Part shown: piece by piece, positions 14,467 to 29,705 of the stretch
Position numbering within the stretch: position 1 is the first letter of the stretch
Layout: each line of letters begins with the position of its first letter
Assembly (NCBI GenBank): GCA_012295275.1
Contig: CM022673.1
Coordinates: 18,724,001 to 18,788,000 of the forward strand
DNA from: Chrysomallon squamiferum
Taxonomy: Eukaryota > Animalia > Mollusca
DNA: 64,000 nt
Direction: 5' to 3'
Position numbers and translations under genes: made by a program
The notes under the pieces: generated by a model
What the model was told of the DNA's origin: nothing
Seen by the model: the letters and a program-made list of their open reading frames with translations, nothing else
The model's database searches: none

Positions 14467-15865
14467 CTCTGTTTGTCTTACACACACACAAACACACACA
14501 CACATTCACATGTACATATAAACACTGATATATGCCCCGACACATATAATATGTATTAAATAAATATATTTGCTTAAATAAGGAAAAAGACAAATTTCGA
14601 GGACGTAAATTATACAGTTCTAATCCACTGCGTAAAAATGGTTAAAATCAGTTATTTTGAACTTTATTAATAATTTAAATCCAATTGAATACTGACATTA
14701 TTCAAAAATAAAAATAATAATAAAGAGAACATGAGGAGACCCGTCGAAGGACTGAGTTTAAAATTAGCTTTGCACCTGGTATTTCTCGCTCTCATTAACT
14801 GGTCTGTCACAGACGTCATCTTTATTTGACAGGTCGCCTGGTTCGTAGCCCGCAACCTGGTTTACACATCAACCTCTCTTCCCATCAAACGAGATTAGTG
14901 TCTGTTCCCTGCGATAAATTGGCTACACTACATGCCCTCAGTTAAATGATAATCGGCTTTGCTGGACGACACAGCTTCTAAACCGGCCGACTATGATAAA
15001 TGTACTTCTATAATTGGTTTCCACTAATTGTTTCACTTTCCGCGTACTGGTCGGTTGAGAGAAAGTCTTAACAGGATTACACTATTCTTTTGCAGACGTT
15101 CTGTTTATCGAAACATATATTAGACACGAAAATATACTGTAGTTAATAATTACATAACTTTATCTACAAACTTGTGACCGTCCTTCGAACCATCAGTTTG
15201 TTCGTTTATTTATTTATCTAAATATTTATTTTTACTATTATTACTACTACAACAGTTACTGCAACAATAATACCAAGTAACTGTTACTATTCTATTACTA
15301 CTGACACTAAACAATAATCATTATCGTTGTCTACTACTGTTATATAACTCCAAAATATCTGACATTACTCATTAAATAATGTAGTATTTTATATATCACA
15401 TGCCGCATAAATACATATAGTTAGAATATACTAACAATTAAATTAAGACTAATTATCATCAGCAAAAAAAAAAAAAAAAAAAAATGAAACGAACCTATGT
15501 TTAATTAGCCCGTAAAAAACTTGTTTTCATTCTGTGTTACTGCAGAAACTAATTGATGTATCAGTTAGACGACACAAAAGTTTGGAAACAAGCTTGTATT
15601 TTCATGATGACTAATTTTTTTATCAATAACCTTTGACCTTTCAAAGCGCGACTTAGTTCTTTGTAGTAAACAACTTGTCAGTTAATTATCGACATGTTAT
15701 ATAAAAGGCAACGCTCTTAATGCTTAAGAGGGGAGAACATGCCTTCTTCTCCTCACAACACTATGAACGTCACTGAAAGAGTTTCCGCGTTGTTTGGTTT
15801 CGACTCACATATAATTCTTCATCAAACGGAAAGGCGTTTTACAGTGTGACGAGAAGTCGTGGAAC

Positions 15866-16031
15866 GGAAAGTCGTTACTGAGAAGTGCTTCGATCATTCG
15901 TGTGCGGAAAGTCGTCACTGAGAAGTGCTTCGATCATTCCTGTGCGGAAAGTCGTCACTGAGAAGTGCTTCGATCATTCCTGTGCGGAAAGTCGTCACCT
16001 GAGAAGTGCTTAAATCATTCCTGTGCGGAAG
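15866..16031. repeat. 40-bp tandem repeat, about 4 copies
   Basis: Unit GGAAAGTCGTCACTGAGAAGTGCTTCGATCATTCCTGTGC starts at 15866, 15906, 15946 and 15986. Confidence 0.92.
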
Positions 16032-17993
16032 GTCCTCAATCAACGATAAACATTCTGGGATCTGTGATCTATAACTTTGAAATATATTGACAATATAAAA
16101 TAATTCATGAACTCTGACTTTAGATAAACCAACTTGCAATTTCTTTGTCGATGGAAAAATTAACATTTGACTGTTCTATGAATTCTGAACAGAAATTTAA
16201 TTAGCTTTTCTTTAACTTTCAGCTCACAAATAAAAGATGCTAAGTCTTTATAAGATTTGTTCTTTTGTTTTGGATATACGAATTCCTGTGAACTGTTTAG
16301 TGGACTCGACGTTAAGATAACTTTAAATCGGGTTAACAACGCTGAAGTTTGATGACCTACAAGTTGTAAAAGACAGCCAATTTTACAGAAAGAAAAGTTT
16401 CAAGAAAAGTTTGAAACGGACAATTATTTCCACGAAAATTACTAAATATATTTAACAGAATTATAAATTTCGACTTCATTAAAAAAAAAAAAAAAAAACA
16501 ATCTATTAAAAGTTATTATTATTAGTAATAGTTATTGTAGTAGTAGTTGTAGTAGTTGTAGTAGTAGTTGTAGAAAAAAACAGAGGACAGAGAACGTGCT
16601 AGATGTTGCGGTATCTCTGTAGTGAAAACAATTAAAACACGTTATTTGTTTACGTCATTCTAAGATGTACTTCATAACTACACAGATCTCTGTAACACAA
16701 CAGAAGAAAAGATTGCACTTAGAAAACTGAAATCAGAGACAATGGTTTTTTAAAATGTCACTATTTTCAGAATATCTGCCAGCTGCTGATTTCCAGAAAG
16801 GAAATCGGATTTATTTTAACAGTCGGTGAACTTAAAACTGCAAGCAGATAGTACAGGCTATTCCGTCATATCTGCTAACAGGTGTCTTTGTTAATGGAAA
16901 CGTCTAAAACATGCCTGTGATTCTCAGTCGCACACGCCTACTTAATTAAACTACTTATATGTAATGGTTTTCCGGTCTTGGATCTCAGATATATTCACAC
17001 AGTCTTAGTAATCCAGCAGCAGTTCATCGAGAGGGTAAAGGTCGGAGAAAATTTAAGTAGATTAGAAATGAAAGAGTTCTGAAGAGTCTCAAAGTATCTG
17101 TATTTTTGTGCATACTAACAATAATAATAATAATAATAATATTAATAATAATGAAATGAAAACAGGACAACACACACACACACACATACACACATATATG
17201 GAAGTGATTAAAGGACAACATTTATTATCTTAATGCTTATTAAATATCCAAACACTTCCAGCCACTCTCACCCCTCGTATTACAGTTGTGTGGGTACTGT
17301 AAACAATATAGCATGCTAGTCTCGGCCAGTCTTAAGCCAGTAAAAGAGTTGTGTCTAAGACAAGAAAGCTGAAACGTTCGTTTAAAGAACTGCTTGAAAG
17401 AAAACACTGATCGATTGTGTCACCATTCTGAGACAGACACTGTGACACAGCCACCGAGCTCACTACGCATGTCAACTGTCACTTTGAACTGACTGAGTGG
17501 ATTTTCTCTGACATTCGTCCTCAGTGGCCAGGATGCAAGATTATCCGTACACAACATATCAAATTTATGTTTTTTCACCAAATCCCTAACGACCATTAAC
17601 TTACACACAAATTTACCCGTGGTAAGGCTTTCTTGTTGCTGTCTAAAATGATTAGCCTGTCTAAATAGCAGTTAATATCAAGATTAATATTTTTTCTAAT
17701 ATCGAGGGGTTAGAGACAGAAGGTCTCAGTGCATATGCTTATTGATATGATTTTTCTTTTTCATTATTTATCTATATTTTTACTTTTGATTCCTTTTTTA
17801 TTTCGTTACTGTGTTCTTCTTTTTCCTTCTTGTTTATCGAAAATTATTTAAATTATAAAGGCTGTTTATTATTATTATTATTACATATCTGACATATTCA
17901 GACACAATTCAATAAGAACATTGAAGAAAGTATTCACGAAATAATTGTCTTAATTGCAGAAAATGTATTATTTACCAATAATGCCTGCGCGAG

Positions 17994-18046
<53 letters not shown>

Positions 18047-21000
18047 CATACTCGCAATGGAGTCGTCCCATTTTGTCGAATTCCCAACAGGTCGAAATGT
18101 CAACTGGCCTAAACATACGCACCTGTCTGTTACGTAAACACTATCTTATTACCTGTCCATTTTACAGTGTATTTTATTTTATAGATCTGATGTTTACAGT
18201 AATATTTACGAGAACCAAGAATTTTTCAGTTACAGAAGATACTGATACTTCTTCGTGTAATTCTTAACAATGCATGCACTTTACACGTTTACATGGAAAC
18301 TGAAAAGCTTGACTTGAGTAGAATATGAATTCGCTCTATTAACCTACCTCAGCATCCTCTCTGGCACAGCGACTGGCCCATGAATGAACACAGTCTGTTT
18401 TTACTGTCTATGCGAAGGTTCGTATAAAGGATTCCACGCTGCTAATCGCAAACGATAGCATTACGTCATCGTATTTTTCTTTTGTTTATAACCTATCCAT
18501 GGTATGACGTCATAAGCGATACAACCTCAGATTAAAACTGTTTTGAGAGCGACATTAAATCAAATATGTCACCCTTCGGAAAGTCCGAAAATAAATGTTT
18601 GCAGTATGGACATCTGCCTGTCTCTGTTACGACGTATACAGGCGCCAATTAAACAATTTGTTTGTTGCACTGTGTTCATGTAGTTCCGTCAGTCGTGACT
18701 CATCACCCCAATCACTACTTCCTTAACTCAGATGTCAGTGACAGGAAATCAACTAATAATTAACGTAGACTGATAAACAGTGTTCAGTCTGAGAGGAGAA
18801 AATATAACCAGAAAAAAAAAAACAAAAAAAAATTCAATATCTGTATCATATAGGGATTCAGTAACAAAACAAAAAACATACGATATATATAAATATAAAT
18901 ATATATAGATAGATAGATTGCATATTCAAAATATAATTGCATAATAAATAAAAAAAGTTTATGTAGAAGGAAACAGACACGATAACAGTATAATTAATAA
19001 ACAGTGTTTATTTATTTATCTCACTCTTTTTTTATTCTCATTTTCTTTGTTTTTAATGAATTCAAAATAAAAAGAAAATGACTACCACTACCATGGCTAA
19101 CTTTGTGTCCGACTTTTTAATAAAAAATTTAAGAAAATAGACTTTCATTTTTTACTAACACTCACTATAATAATAAAACAACCTTTCAAGTTGTTGCTGA
19201 TAAGAAATGTACAACAATTCAATTGGGCTAAACTAATATGATCTTAGTTTCTTACAAGCTATCGAACAGATCCGAACACTATCATCAGTCCTAATAAAGT
19301 TTGTGACAACTGACGTTGATATAAAACTATGCTGACATGTAAAGAGAAATGTATTAGATTGTTTCCTGTATGACTGACACAGATTGTGACCTGTTAAATA
19401 CGTCCATATAATCTTTCATTAAAAATACGTTATTGTAACATTTTATAGTTAACTATGCCATTGTAACATTTATTTTATTTTGTTTTATTTTGTTATTTAT
19501 ATGTATTGGATATATGAAGGTAAACAAAATGAAAGAAGCAGAAAGAAAAGAAACAGAAATAAAGAAAAAGTGTTCATAATATTAACATACTAAATATAAA
19601 TAATTCAGTTCTTATAATGTCTTTGATACAAGTATACTGCTCGCGACTCAGCAAAAACTCGGGTATAGACTTTGGTCGTCCGTTCAACCAATCCTGACAC
19701 AAGTACTTGATGTTTGTGTTCTTTTTGTTTTTTGATCTTCTGCAGGGAATTACTGACTGCATCCTACGGTACGTATAGAAGATTTATCGAGGACTATAAC
19801 AGCCAACCATACTGAAGAATTTATTGTTTCATCCGTCACAAATATTGTTTATTTGTCGAGTCAGTTAGTGGTGTTTTTTTTTTTTTTTTTTTTGAAATCT
19901 TCTTTTGGACGTTCACAGATATATAATATCTTATTAAAATGGCTGTTCTTCATGAAACCGATACCTTCATAAAATTCACCAACAGGTAGGAATATCAGAT
20001 CATCACTCAGAACATATGAAAGTAGACACTGAATTATACTGATTGGTAGGTCAAATCTGAAGCATTTTACCCAGGTACTTTGCGGTAAAGTTGTAAAAGC
20101 ATCTCTTTTTCTGCATGTCCCATGTATTTAGAATAAGATATGGATGTATATCATAAAGAACAGACAATTTGCACAGGTCAGTTAGAGAATGAAAAAGCTT
20201 AACTGAGACATTAAAGATATCTGACAGAAAACTGAGAAATTAAAGATATCTCACAGAAAACTGGTCAGTGACTTAATGATAATAATGAATTCGACTTGTA
20301 AGACGACTGAAAAATTGCTTGTTGTATTGTAGTATTGAGCAGTGAGACATATGATCTATATCCACATACATCACACAGATAACTGTGTGAGACAGATACA
20401 ATAGGAAAGTTACTATTTCTGAAAAAACCTTTGACATTTCTTTCTCTTTTTTTTTTTTTTTTTTGCATTCCTGTTATTTTTTACCTACCTATATAAATAT
20501 GTATGTATACGTTGAGAGTATGTATATGTTGTATGTGTGTTTGTGTGTTATATATGTGTTAAAAGTGTGTATTTATGTATGTATGTTATGTATGTTTTAA
20601 GAGTGTGTATTTATATGTATGTTATGAATGTGTGTACATACAGAGTTAAAAATAAAGATAATGATTACAGCGGATGTGGTCTGTGACAATGAAACAGCTG
20701 TTGTTATTCCTATGGGTTTGTTTTAAATGAAGATGATTATAAATAGTGGCACGTGACACCTGTGTACACGGCCAAAAAACAACTCTTTCACAGTAATGTA
20801 ATTAAGTCCAATTAGAGAGCGTATACTTTTTATAGTCTTAGTTCATTCCTAATTAGTTTATTCGACAGACGAGTTTTACTTCTTTGACAAGATTCATTTA
20901 TACCTTGTGTTCAGGAAACAAATTACTTGTTTGTGTGAGCGTATTTTTTATACTATTATTATTTGTATTGATGTAAAATCTTTTACTGCCATCAGCATTG

Positions 21001-21299
21001 TTATCATCATCATCATCAGCTTCAGCATCAGTATTATTAGTATTAGTATTAGTATTAGTATCTATAGATAGTCATTTATTGGAATTAATAATTACAGGTT
21101 GCATGATTAATCTGTTTAAGTGGATCAGTTACGCAGTGCCAACCAGGCCCTTGAAACTACGTCATTCTGTGGTCTTGATAATAGTTCTTTACATCATTTC
21201 TTTCTTACCTTTCTTTTTATGCTTTTTTTCTCTTCACAACTCTGTACAAAACAGTTCTAGCATTCATCCTTAGAATTTATCCTGATTCCGACTCTACAT

Positions 21300-21350
<51 letters not shown>

Positions 21351-22389
21351 AGTGCGTGAGTGTATATATGTGTGTGGGTGTGTGTATGTGTGTTGTATAC
21401 GTGTTCAAAGTTGAATGTTAAAAGACAAAGACAAGTCTCATTAGTTAATAACGTTGACAAAACTCTGGAGACCCCGCGTTATTTCATTTTTCCCATTAAA
21501 CACCATCATTTCCTGAAGTATATCGTCTTTCATCTGAAACGAATCACATGTGATCTACGAGACTTCAGTTCTAATTACTTTTACGTACAAGTGAACAACC
21601 CTTTAGTTTCATCTCCTTACAAGTAAAATTAATCTGCTTATAATGAAAAATTGGTAGTCCTGTGTTTGTTAAAAACATTCTGTGAAGGAGAATATTTGTA
21701 TTTTAGTAATGCACGTTCTTTACACAAGTCGACGTATTAACGTCACTTCCATATTTAGAGCTTTATAGTCCTGATGTTACTGTAAAGTTAAAGAGCCTTG
21801 AACACAGCAACAAGTTCCTCTGCCTCAGCTGATGGACAGCACCAAACGCAGATCTTGTGAACGACGTGAGACTATTTTCCCCAGTTCGTTCCTTCACAGC
21901 ACGACGCCGCGACATCACGTGTTTTGATTTTCGGCGAGGTCTCTGACTAACGAGGCATGCGACCACCACCGACAACTTGCAAATTACAAATCCCAAATTA
22001 GACTGACAAATATATATTGGCGGTTTTATTTATTTATTTAATCATTTATTTATTTATTTATTTATTCATTCATTCATTTATTCATTCATTCATTTTTTAT
22101 TTAATTTAATTTAATTTCTATTTATTTATTATTATTAGTAGTAGTAGTAGTAGTATTATTATTATTGTACATTTTGTATGTCTCACTGTAGTCAATGAAA
22201 GAGTGAAGTAGAAAATATTTCGCTGAATAGATTGATAACTGGAAGGATGGATGGAGAGACTGACGGAATGATGGATGATTGACGCTTGGATGAGTTTACT
22301 ATCTTTTGCTTTTAAACGACATGTTTTACCACGAACGAAGAGTGGTAGCAATGTAACACTGAATGTGTGAAATTCATCATTTTTAATGT

Positions 22390-22622
22390 TTGTGTATGTG
22401 TGTATATTTCTGTATGTGTCTGTGTATGTGTATATGTGTATATTTCTGTATGTGTCTGTGTATGTGTATATGTGTATATTTCTGTATGTGTCTGTGTATG
22501 TGTATGTGTGTATATTTCTGTATGTGTGTATATTTCTGTATGTGTATGTGTCTGTGTATGTGTGTATATTTCTGTATGTGTATGTGTCTGTGTATGTGTG
22601 TATATTTCTGTATGTGTATGTG
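22390..22622. repeat. Compound TG-rich minisatellite
   Basis: Recurrent TGTATATTTCTGTATGTGTCTGTGTATG-type units; source of four spurious ORFs. Confidence 0.88.
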
Positions 22623-22900
22623 GGTGTGGAGTTCCGTGCTTGTTGGTCTGTTATTATCTGAAAAATAAAATGTCACGATCACTCACTTCTCTTCTAATAA
22701 GTCTTAATTATGATATTTCACATTTAAGTAGCAAAACCATCAGTAAAGATGTGTTTTCTCTGTACAGTCAAGAATCACCAATTGTTGTAGTACGCAACTC
22801 CAGCAACTTGAGTTTAACTCTATCATTTAGATATCTGTTTAATTGTATCATTCATTTTTTTACTGCATCACTTAGTTATCTGTTTAACTTACTTATGTCA

Positions 22901-23343
22901 TAACTATATCACTTAGTTATTTGTTAACTATATCACTTAGTTATCTGTTATCTATATCACTTAGTTATTTGATTAACTATGTCACTAAGTTATTTGTTAA
23001 CTACATCACTAAATTATTTGTTAACTATATTATAATTTATTTGTAAACTATATCATAAGTTATTTGTTAACTATATTACTAAGTTATTTGTTAACTATAT
23101 CACTAAGTAATGTGTTAACTATATCACTAAGTAATGTGTTAACTATATTACTAAGTAATGTGTTAACTATATCACTAAGTAATGTGTTAACTATATTATT
23201 AAGTAATGTGTTAATTATATTACAAAGTAATGTGTTAATTATATTATTAAGTAATTTGTTAACTATATTACTAAATAATGTGTTAACTATATCACTAAGT
23301 AATGTGTTAACTATATCACTAAGTAATGTGTTAACTATATCAC
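22901..23343. repeat. 24-bp AT-rich minisatellite
   Basis: Unit TAACTATATCACTAAGTAATGTGT, more degenerate toward the left end; explains the LTISLSNV pseudo-ORF. Confidence 0.92.
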
Positions 23344-24100
23344 GTAGATATTTTACGATGGCTCCTAGCAGTCACACAAACAAACAGGAAGATATCAAAG
23401 CGTTAATGTGAAACACAATTATTTGTTTTAAAAAGCATTACAACCATTTATTACTTTTGAAAATGGTAAGTATCGAGGCAGTCAAGGCGCTCCTGAATGT
23501 GACCCATATGTGATTTATTGTACTTTATTTTTTTTTTTCTGCGCAGTGTTAGAGAGTAAGAGACACCTAATCATTTAGACATATTGCATTATACAACCCT
23601 TTCTAGAAAAACACTGATAAAAAAATATGGAATAAAGTGTTCGCAAAATCCTCTACAGTTCAGAACTTGAAATCTAAATGAACGGGTGTGATAACGTTAC
23701 AATAAATCGTGCTGAATGAACGCGCCATTTTAAACCACACTTCATTAGACTGCGTCGATGTCTAATTCGTCTGGGAATCCAATATCGGAGTTTACAGATA
23801 AAGAAATGAATGCTCTATTACACCCGTTTTCTCTTTCTAAAAAAAAAGAAGAAGAAGAAGAAGAGGAAAAATCAATTTGACTTAGCTACGTTTTAAACAT
23901 GTAAATAATTTTGTTAACTCACCAAACAAAACAGCATAATTTAATCTGAGGTAACAAGTATTTCCGAATTATTGTGATATTTATATATATATATATATAT
24001 ATATATTGGAAATATAGCTCTATGTATTTTTATTGAAAAGAGAAAAATCAATATTTTATTTAATTGTATTTTTTCAACAAACTTCGATGAATGATTAATA

Positions 24101-24143
<43 letters not shown>

Positions 24144-26985
24144 ACACACATTCATTATTCATTTGACATTGCAATGCAGTGAAACATTATTAATTTGTAA
24201 TACCTCGCAATGTTTCCGTTCCCCTTTTCTATAGGCTTTGCCTACATGCATGTGAACATTGATTTTAATAAATTGGCTTCATTTCTATGTTTCATATTGA
24301 CAACCATAAATTAACACTTACTGCCTGTCTCAGTCCCTGGATGAAGTCTCATTCCAGTTTAATGTTAAGAAAGATTTTTTTTTTTCTGTGTTAAAAATAC
24401 GAATATAAAGCAATGTTGAATGCAGTTTTAATTCTCAGCCGGCGCCTGTCTCAGACACGTTTCCTGTTATCATTTGCAACACTATTTAGTTTACTTGTAT
24501 TCTCTGAGCAGTATTTGTGACATAATAATGTAAGCGACTGTTAAGATACTGCTTTACAGATCTCAGTGAAAATGAGAAGAAGGAAAGAGAAGAATAAATG
24601 CTGCATGTATTTCGCCTTAAGCAAAGATATAAATAAGCGTGTCATCTCCTGATGATAAACTAATCATGGAACTCGGGGATTTTTTTTTTTTTATAGGGGG
24701 GTTTACTATTCATATATCGATTACAATTCACATATATCCAGTGAAGATTAAATTTAATCGGAGTGAAATTACAACTAACTTCCTTTAATTTTCATTATAA
24801 AGAAATATGTTTATTTTGACGTTCAAATTTTACCATGGAGTATCAAATTTTTTTTTTTTTTTTTTTTCTAGAACTCTTTACTCGCTGAATCGAGATATTC
24901 GAAATTCATTTCACTGAAATATTTTAAACATGAAATGTATAGTCAAAGCAACCACCGCTACTCGTATTATTTCTACAAGTAAAACCACTACTACAAATAT
25001 TAGTAATACTGCTACTAGTTCTTCTATTACCATTACTTCTACGATTTCAGCTACTACTATTACAACTGTACCAGCACTATTATTACTACTACTATTGCCA
25101 CTACTGCTACTATTAGAGCGAGACTAGATGGATTAAAAAATGTTTGTAACTATGAAAAAAAAAATCATATCTATTTTAAAATACTGTTTGCTTGAAATGT
25201 TGTTAATGTCATTTGAATTTCTGTAGGTAAATTTTAAAATACATCTTTCTATATCCCCTTCCCTTTAGTTAGCTTTAGTTAATAACAGTTTAGAAGTATG
25301 CTGTAGCTAATGAGCTATAGTATGGTTAGTAAGCGTACCACGATGTTCATAAATCTATGATGATGTCCAAACTATATCATCTAACCTTCTGCATATCGAG
25401 GGGCTACGAAAATGATCTGTAAATGAGTTGATTATTTACAGAAATTCATTCTCTTTAAGTCAACGAAAATGATGTCATTAGCAAAAACATTACGTATTGT
25501 GACGCAATAATAACTTCCGGGCAACATAATGCAAAAATCCGATACCGTATTAAATATTTTCTATATATATAAAGTATATATCTATCAAAAACATGCTCTA
25601 AGCCAGATATCTAACTGACTGAAAGAGGGAGTTTTTTTTTATAATGGAACAGTATTATGAATTCCTCCGAAAACGTCGTGACTTACGAAAACCTGCGATG
25701 ATCTACAATAATGAAGATTACGTCATGGTTGTCCAAAAATAGGAATTAATGCAACGTCTGAGGTATGTACAGATAATATTTGTTTCTCAGTATATTACAG
25801 TCATTAATGTTTTCTCAAAATATATGAATATATTTTTTTCTTCACTTTATTTTTATTATAGATATTATAGATATTAAAAAAATAATAATAATAAAATAAA
25901 ATTCTGTACCTCGCATTGTGGGGCATGTAAATTGTGCATTATGAAACTAGCATTAAAGGTGGTGATCTTAGAGTATATACGAGTACATACATTCCGCATA
26001 TGAATGCTAATAGTTTATAATTTAAAACTTTCTTATTGGGTATGTAAAACAATTTTCCTAGAAAGAAATACGATTAGTATCTTTAGTATGAAAAGAGTTA
26101 TCTCCCCTTTGGTAAAGATCGTAAGAGAAATAAAAAAAAATGAGAGAGATAAGAGAGAGACGGTGATGATACGACTGATGTCTGAACCAACAAAATAACT
26201 GGATTATTTCTCGTCTGTCGACATATTATAAAACAGCATGTGGCTGGTGATAATTAACCACAGTACAAAATATATGAAGCATGAATAAAATTAAATATTA
26301 GCAAATGTTTGAAATCGTTCATTTGTTTATACGTTTCCTCTTCTTCAGCTGTAATAATTTGGTGGAGAGAGTAAATAAACTCCTAACTTCAGAATTATTA
26401 TTTTATTTGTTTTGAGCGATCTATTGACGATAATAACAAGTTATGAAAATAATGTAATACTGTTACGAAAAAATTTCAGTACCCTATTTTGTCATTTCAT
26501 AGCTTCTAATAAACTGACCAGCTTTATAAATTATTTCTTCGCTGCCCCAAAAAATTATGTTCTATTTTTATTTTTGTGCTTGTATTTTAATTGTTAAGCT
26601 AAAGAAAATAAATAAAGAAAGAAAGAAAATACAATAAAGAAAAAATATCAAGACAACTGGACTTATGTTTGCTGAGACGGTTATATTAAAATATAAATGT
26701 AAATGTAAATGAAATGTATTTGACGGTGCTGAAATATTTGTCGTTAATGTTGCTACTACCATTATTATTACAATTACTACTATTATTAATATTATTACTA
26801 CTACTACTGTTGCTGCTGCTACGAGTTAGTCAATCATGCTAGACACAATTATGTAAAAAAAAAAAAAACCTTTATTAAGTACATGGATTTGTTATTTTTT
26901 CCCACTGTCTTTTATTTCTATATTTTTTATTATGATTTGTGGATTTTACTGATACGAATATATCATTATACAGATAGGGGTTTTC

Positions 26986-27038
<53 letters not shown>

Positions 27039-27664
27039 TAATTAATTAATTAATTAAGTATTATGTAAGCGGTATCTGATTGCTTTTTATTACCTCGTGC
27101 ATAAATCTTTTTTTATTATTTATTTTATTTTTATTTTTTACTTTTTTTTTAACTTTTTTTTTTTTTTTTTTTTTTTTTTTGTATATAAAATTGCTCTGCG
27201 TATTTCGTAGTTATACTGATTTACAGTTAAACTTCCTAATAAAACAATTAAAACTGACTCTAAGTGTAACCAAAGTAACACTTTAATACAGGTCTCCAAT
27301 TGTCATGCAAAGAAAATCATACAAATGAATTGTTGTTAGATGTTTTAAGTCGAATATTAAAAGGATGAAGTAACAAAACAACTTTTAATATTTGACACAG
27401 TTACCATTTCCTTAACTGGAGGTGAAATTTAAATAAAAAAAAAAAAAAAAAAAGACAGTGGGAGGAAAATAACAAATCCATGTATTTACTAAAGATATTT
27501 TACAAAATTTGTGGTTTTCGTCTAGCATGGTTAAATAACTCGTATCAAACTGAGTTCACATAACTGCCCTTTTTAATCGTTTTAATTATGTTTTAAATGT
27601 TTCCTCTGCGATTTTCCTTAATATCTCGGACTATGCCAAGAGATAATCAGCTACTTTTTGTTGC

Positions 27665-27732
27665 GTAATCACAATGCAGGGAAGCTAGAACCATGCCGCG
27701 TCGACGATTTTATACCTGTATAAAAGAAGAAA
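27665..27732 (+). promoter_or_regulatory. TATA-box promoter of Gly/His-rich gene 1
   Basis: TATAAAAGAAGAAA at 27719, 62 nt before the ATG and identical to the paralog at 35349. Upstream blocks GTAATCAC..ATGCAG and CCATGC are also shared. Confidence 0.75.
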
Positions 27733-27780
27733 CCATTTCAAGTTTTCTTCAGATCCATTTTGCTTTACATCAGGCTGAAA

Positions 27781-28635
27781 ATGAAATACATCAGTCTACT
27801 CAGTCTGGCCATCATGTGTGAGTACGTTTATCTCAGTTTATTCTAACAACATCGCATTCTACGAAATAATCTGGTGTCGATAATTAAAAGTACCAGTAAA
27901 AACTTTTAATTTCTGATCCAAGAAATGTATGATGTTCTAATCTGAACTCTTTCAGTACAATTATATTAACGCATTAATCATGATTTAATTAAGCGAATAA
28001 TCTTAGAATTAAAATTTTAACGTTTTTGAAATACAGTAAATGATAACACACATACTGTAATAAACCTTTCTTCAGAGATTGCAGTAGAGATGTATGTACA
28101 TTTCATGCTTAAAGAGTATTCTTACAGTCCATTTTGTACTGAATATTTTGTTGTAGCCATCGTAATTATGGACATGGTTAGTGCTCATTTGGGAAGCAGT
28201 GGCCATGGAGGGCGGGGTGGTCACGGTGGGAGTGTGGGGAGGGGTCATGGTGGCTACGGTGGATATGGAGGTCACGGTGGACATGGTGGCTACGGTGGTC
28301 GTGGAGGTCATGCTGGAAGACATGGAGGCCACGGTGCTAATGGACATAAAGGTAGTGGTCACGGTGGACATGGAAGTCGCGGTGGACATGGAGGTCATGG
28401 AGGTCATGGAGGTCACGGCGGAACTGGACACGGTGGACATGGAAGACATGGAGGTCATGGAGGTCACGGCGGAACTGGACACGGTGGACATGGAAGACAT
28501 GGAGGTCATGGAGGTCACGGCGGAACTGGACACGGTGGACATGGAGGACATGGAGGTCATGGAGGTCATGGAGGTCACGGCAGAACTGGACACGGTGGAC
28601 ATGGAAGACATGGAGGTCATGGAAGTCGCGGTTAA
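27781..28635 (+). CDS. Secreted Gly/His-rich repeat protein 1, join(27781..27817,28157..28635), 171 aa
   Basis: Exon MKYISLLSLAIM(S)|gtgagt, then ttgttgtag|IVIMDMVSA-HLGSSGHGGRGGHGG...GGHGSRG*. Splicing assembles a 22-aa signal peptide. TATA box upstream, AATAAA at 28921, and the paralog has the same structure. Confidence 0.9.
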
Positions 28636-29222
28636 AAAAAGGTAAAAAAAATAAAAAAAAAAAGTAAAAACAAATTTCTGTATTGCTAAATTATGAAAAT
28701 ATTCACCATTTTTCTTCTCTTTCAGACCGACAGTAATTTTCATGATATTTCGAAATTCACTGACTTTGCGGTCGTTGATTTCATCGCTTGGAGCTGGTCT
28801 TCGCAAAGATGTCATCACTACGTTTCTTTTTGTGACCGCTGCAGTGGCAGCCATTGTTCTTTTGTGATGCTGTTTAAAGTGTTTTTGCATTAATTTCTAT
28901 TATGAAAGTATGTGAAAGTGAATAAAAGCTGGATTTTAAGTCTGTTATTACTTCATTTTTATGGTTATTTCTTCTTTTTTTCTTCTTGTTTTTATTTATT
29001 AATTATTATTATAATTATATATATATATTCGTGAGCTTTAGTTCAGTATTAAGGTCGCAGGATTAATCTTGATTACTCGTACTATTTTTCGCTATAGGTA
29101 ATGTCATATAACAATGTTAACAAAACAGTATTTTGAACTTTCTTGACTCTAGAAAGCGTACTAGTGCTAGACGTTTAGTGATTCAATGAATTATCATTCT
29201 GTTTATCTATCTATCTACCTAT

Positions 29223-29257
<35 letters not shown>

Positions 29258-29673
29258 TTTTTGTTTTTATTCTGATTAAGCTAATACGCTTAATAATAAA
29301 CTGTCAGACTTCCTTTGCTGGTGATCACAATTAATTACACAATAATCTGCTTTTAACAAATATACATAGAGGTATTTTATATATGTTTAAATAATATGTT
29401 AATATAAAACAGATATATGTGACATAAAATCTATATTAACACAATCGATTGTGTTGCAGTATTTTTCTGTAAATGAATCATCTTAAAAGAAATAACTTTG
29501 TTATGAAATGAATTTGAAAATAAATAAATAAGTAAACAATTAAAAGTAATTTAGTAATCTACCATAATGAAATTTATTTGGTCTAAAATACAAGTTATAC
29601 ATATACCTTCTCACAAATACATTACTACGACTATTACTACAGCTAATACTACAACTACTACTACTATTATTAA

Positions 29674-29705
<32 letters not shown>

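Noticed and set aside
22367-22903. Cys/Val/Tyr-rich and His-rich ORFs
   Set aside because: Products of a TG-rich compound satellite, unrelated to the true Cys-rich or His-rich genes.
23064-23411. LTISLSNV repeat ORF resembling a leucine-rich repeat
   Set aside because: Translation of a 24-bp AT-rich minisatellite with a non-ATG start and no splice signals.
28072-28890. Ser/Thr/Met-rich antisense ORF and acidic MEVMEV ORF over Gly/His gene 1
   Set aside because: Stop-free alternative frames of GGH codon repeats with no independent promoter or splice support.
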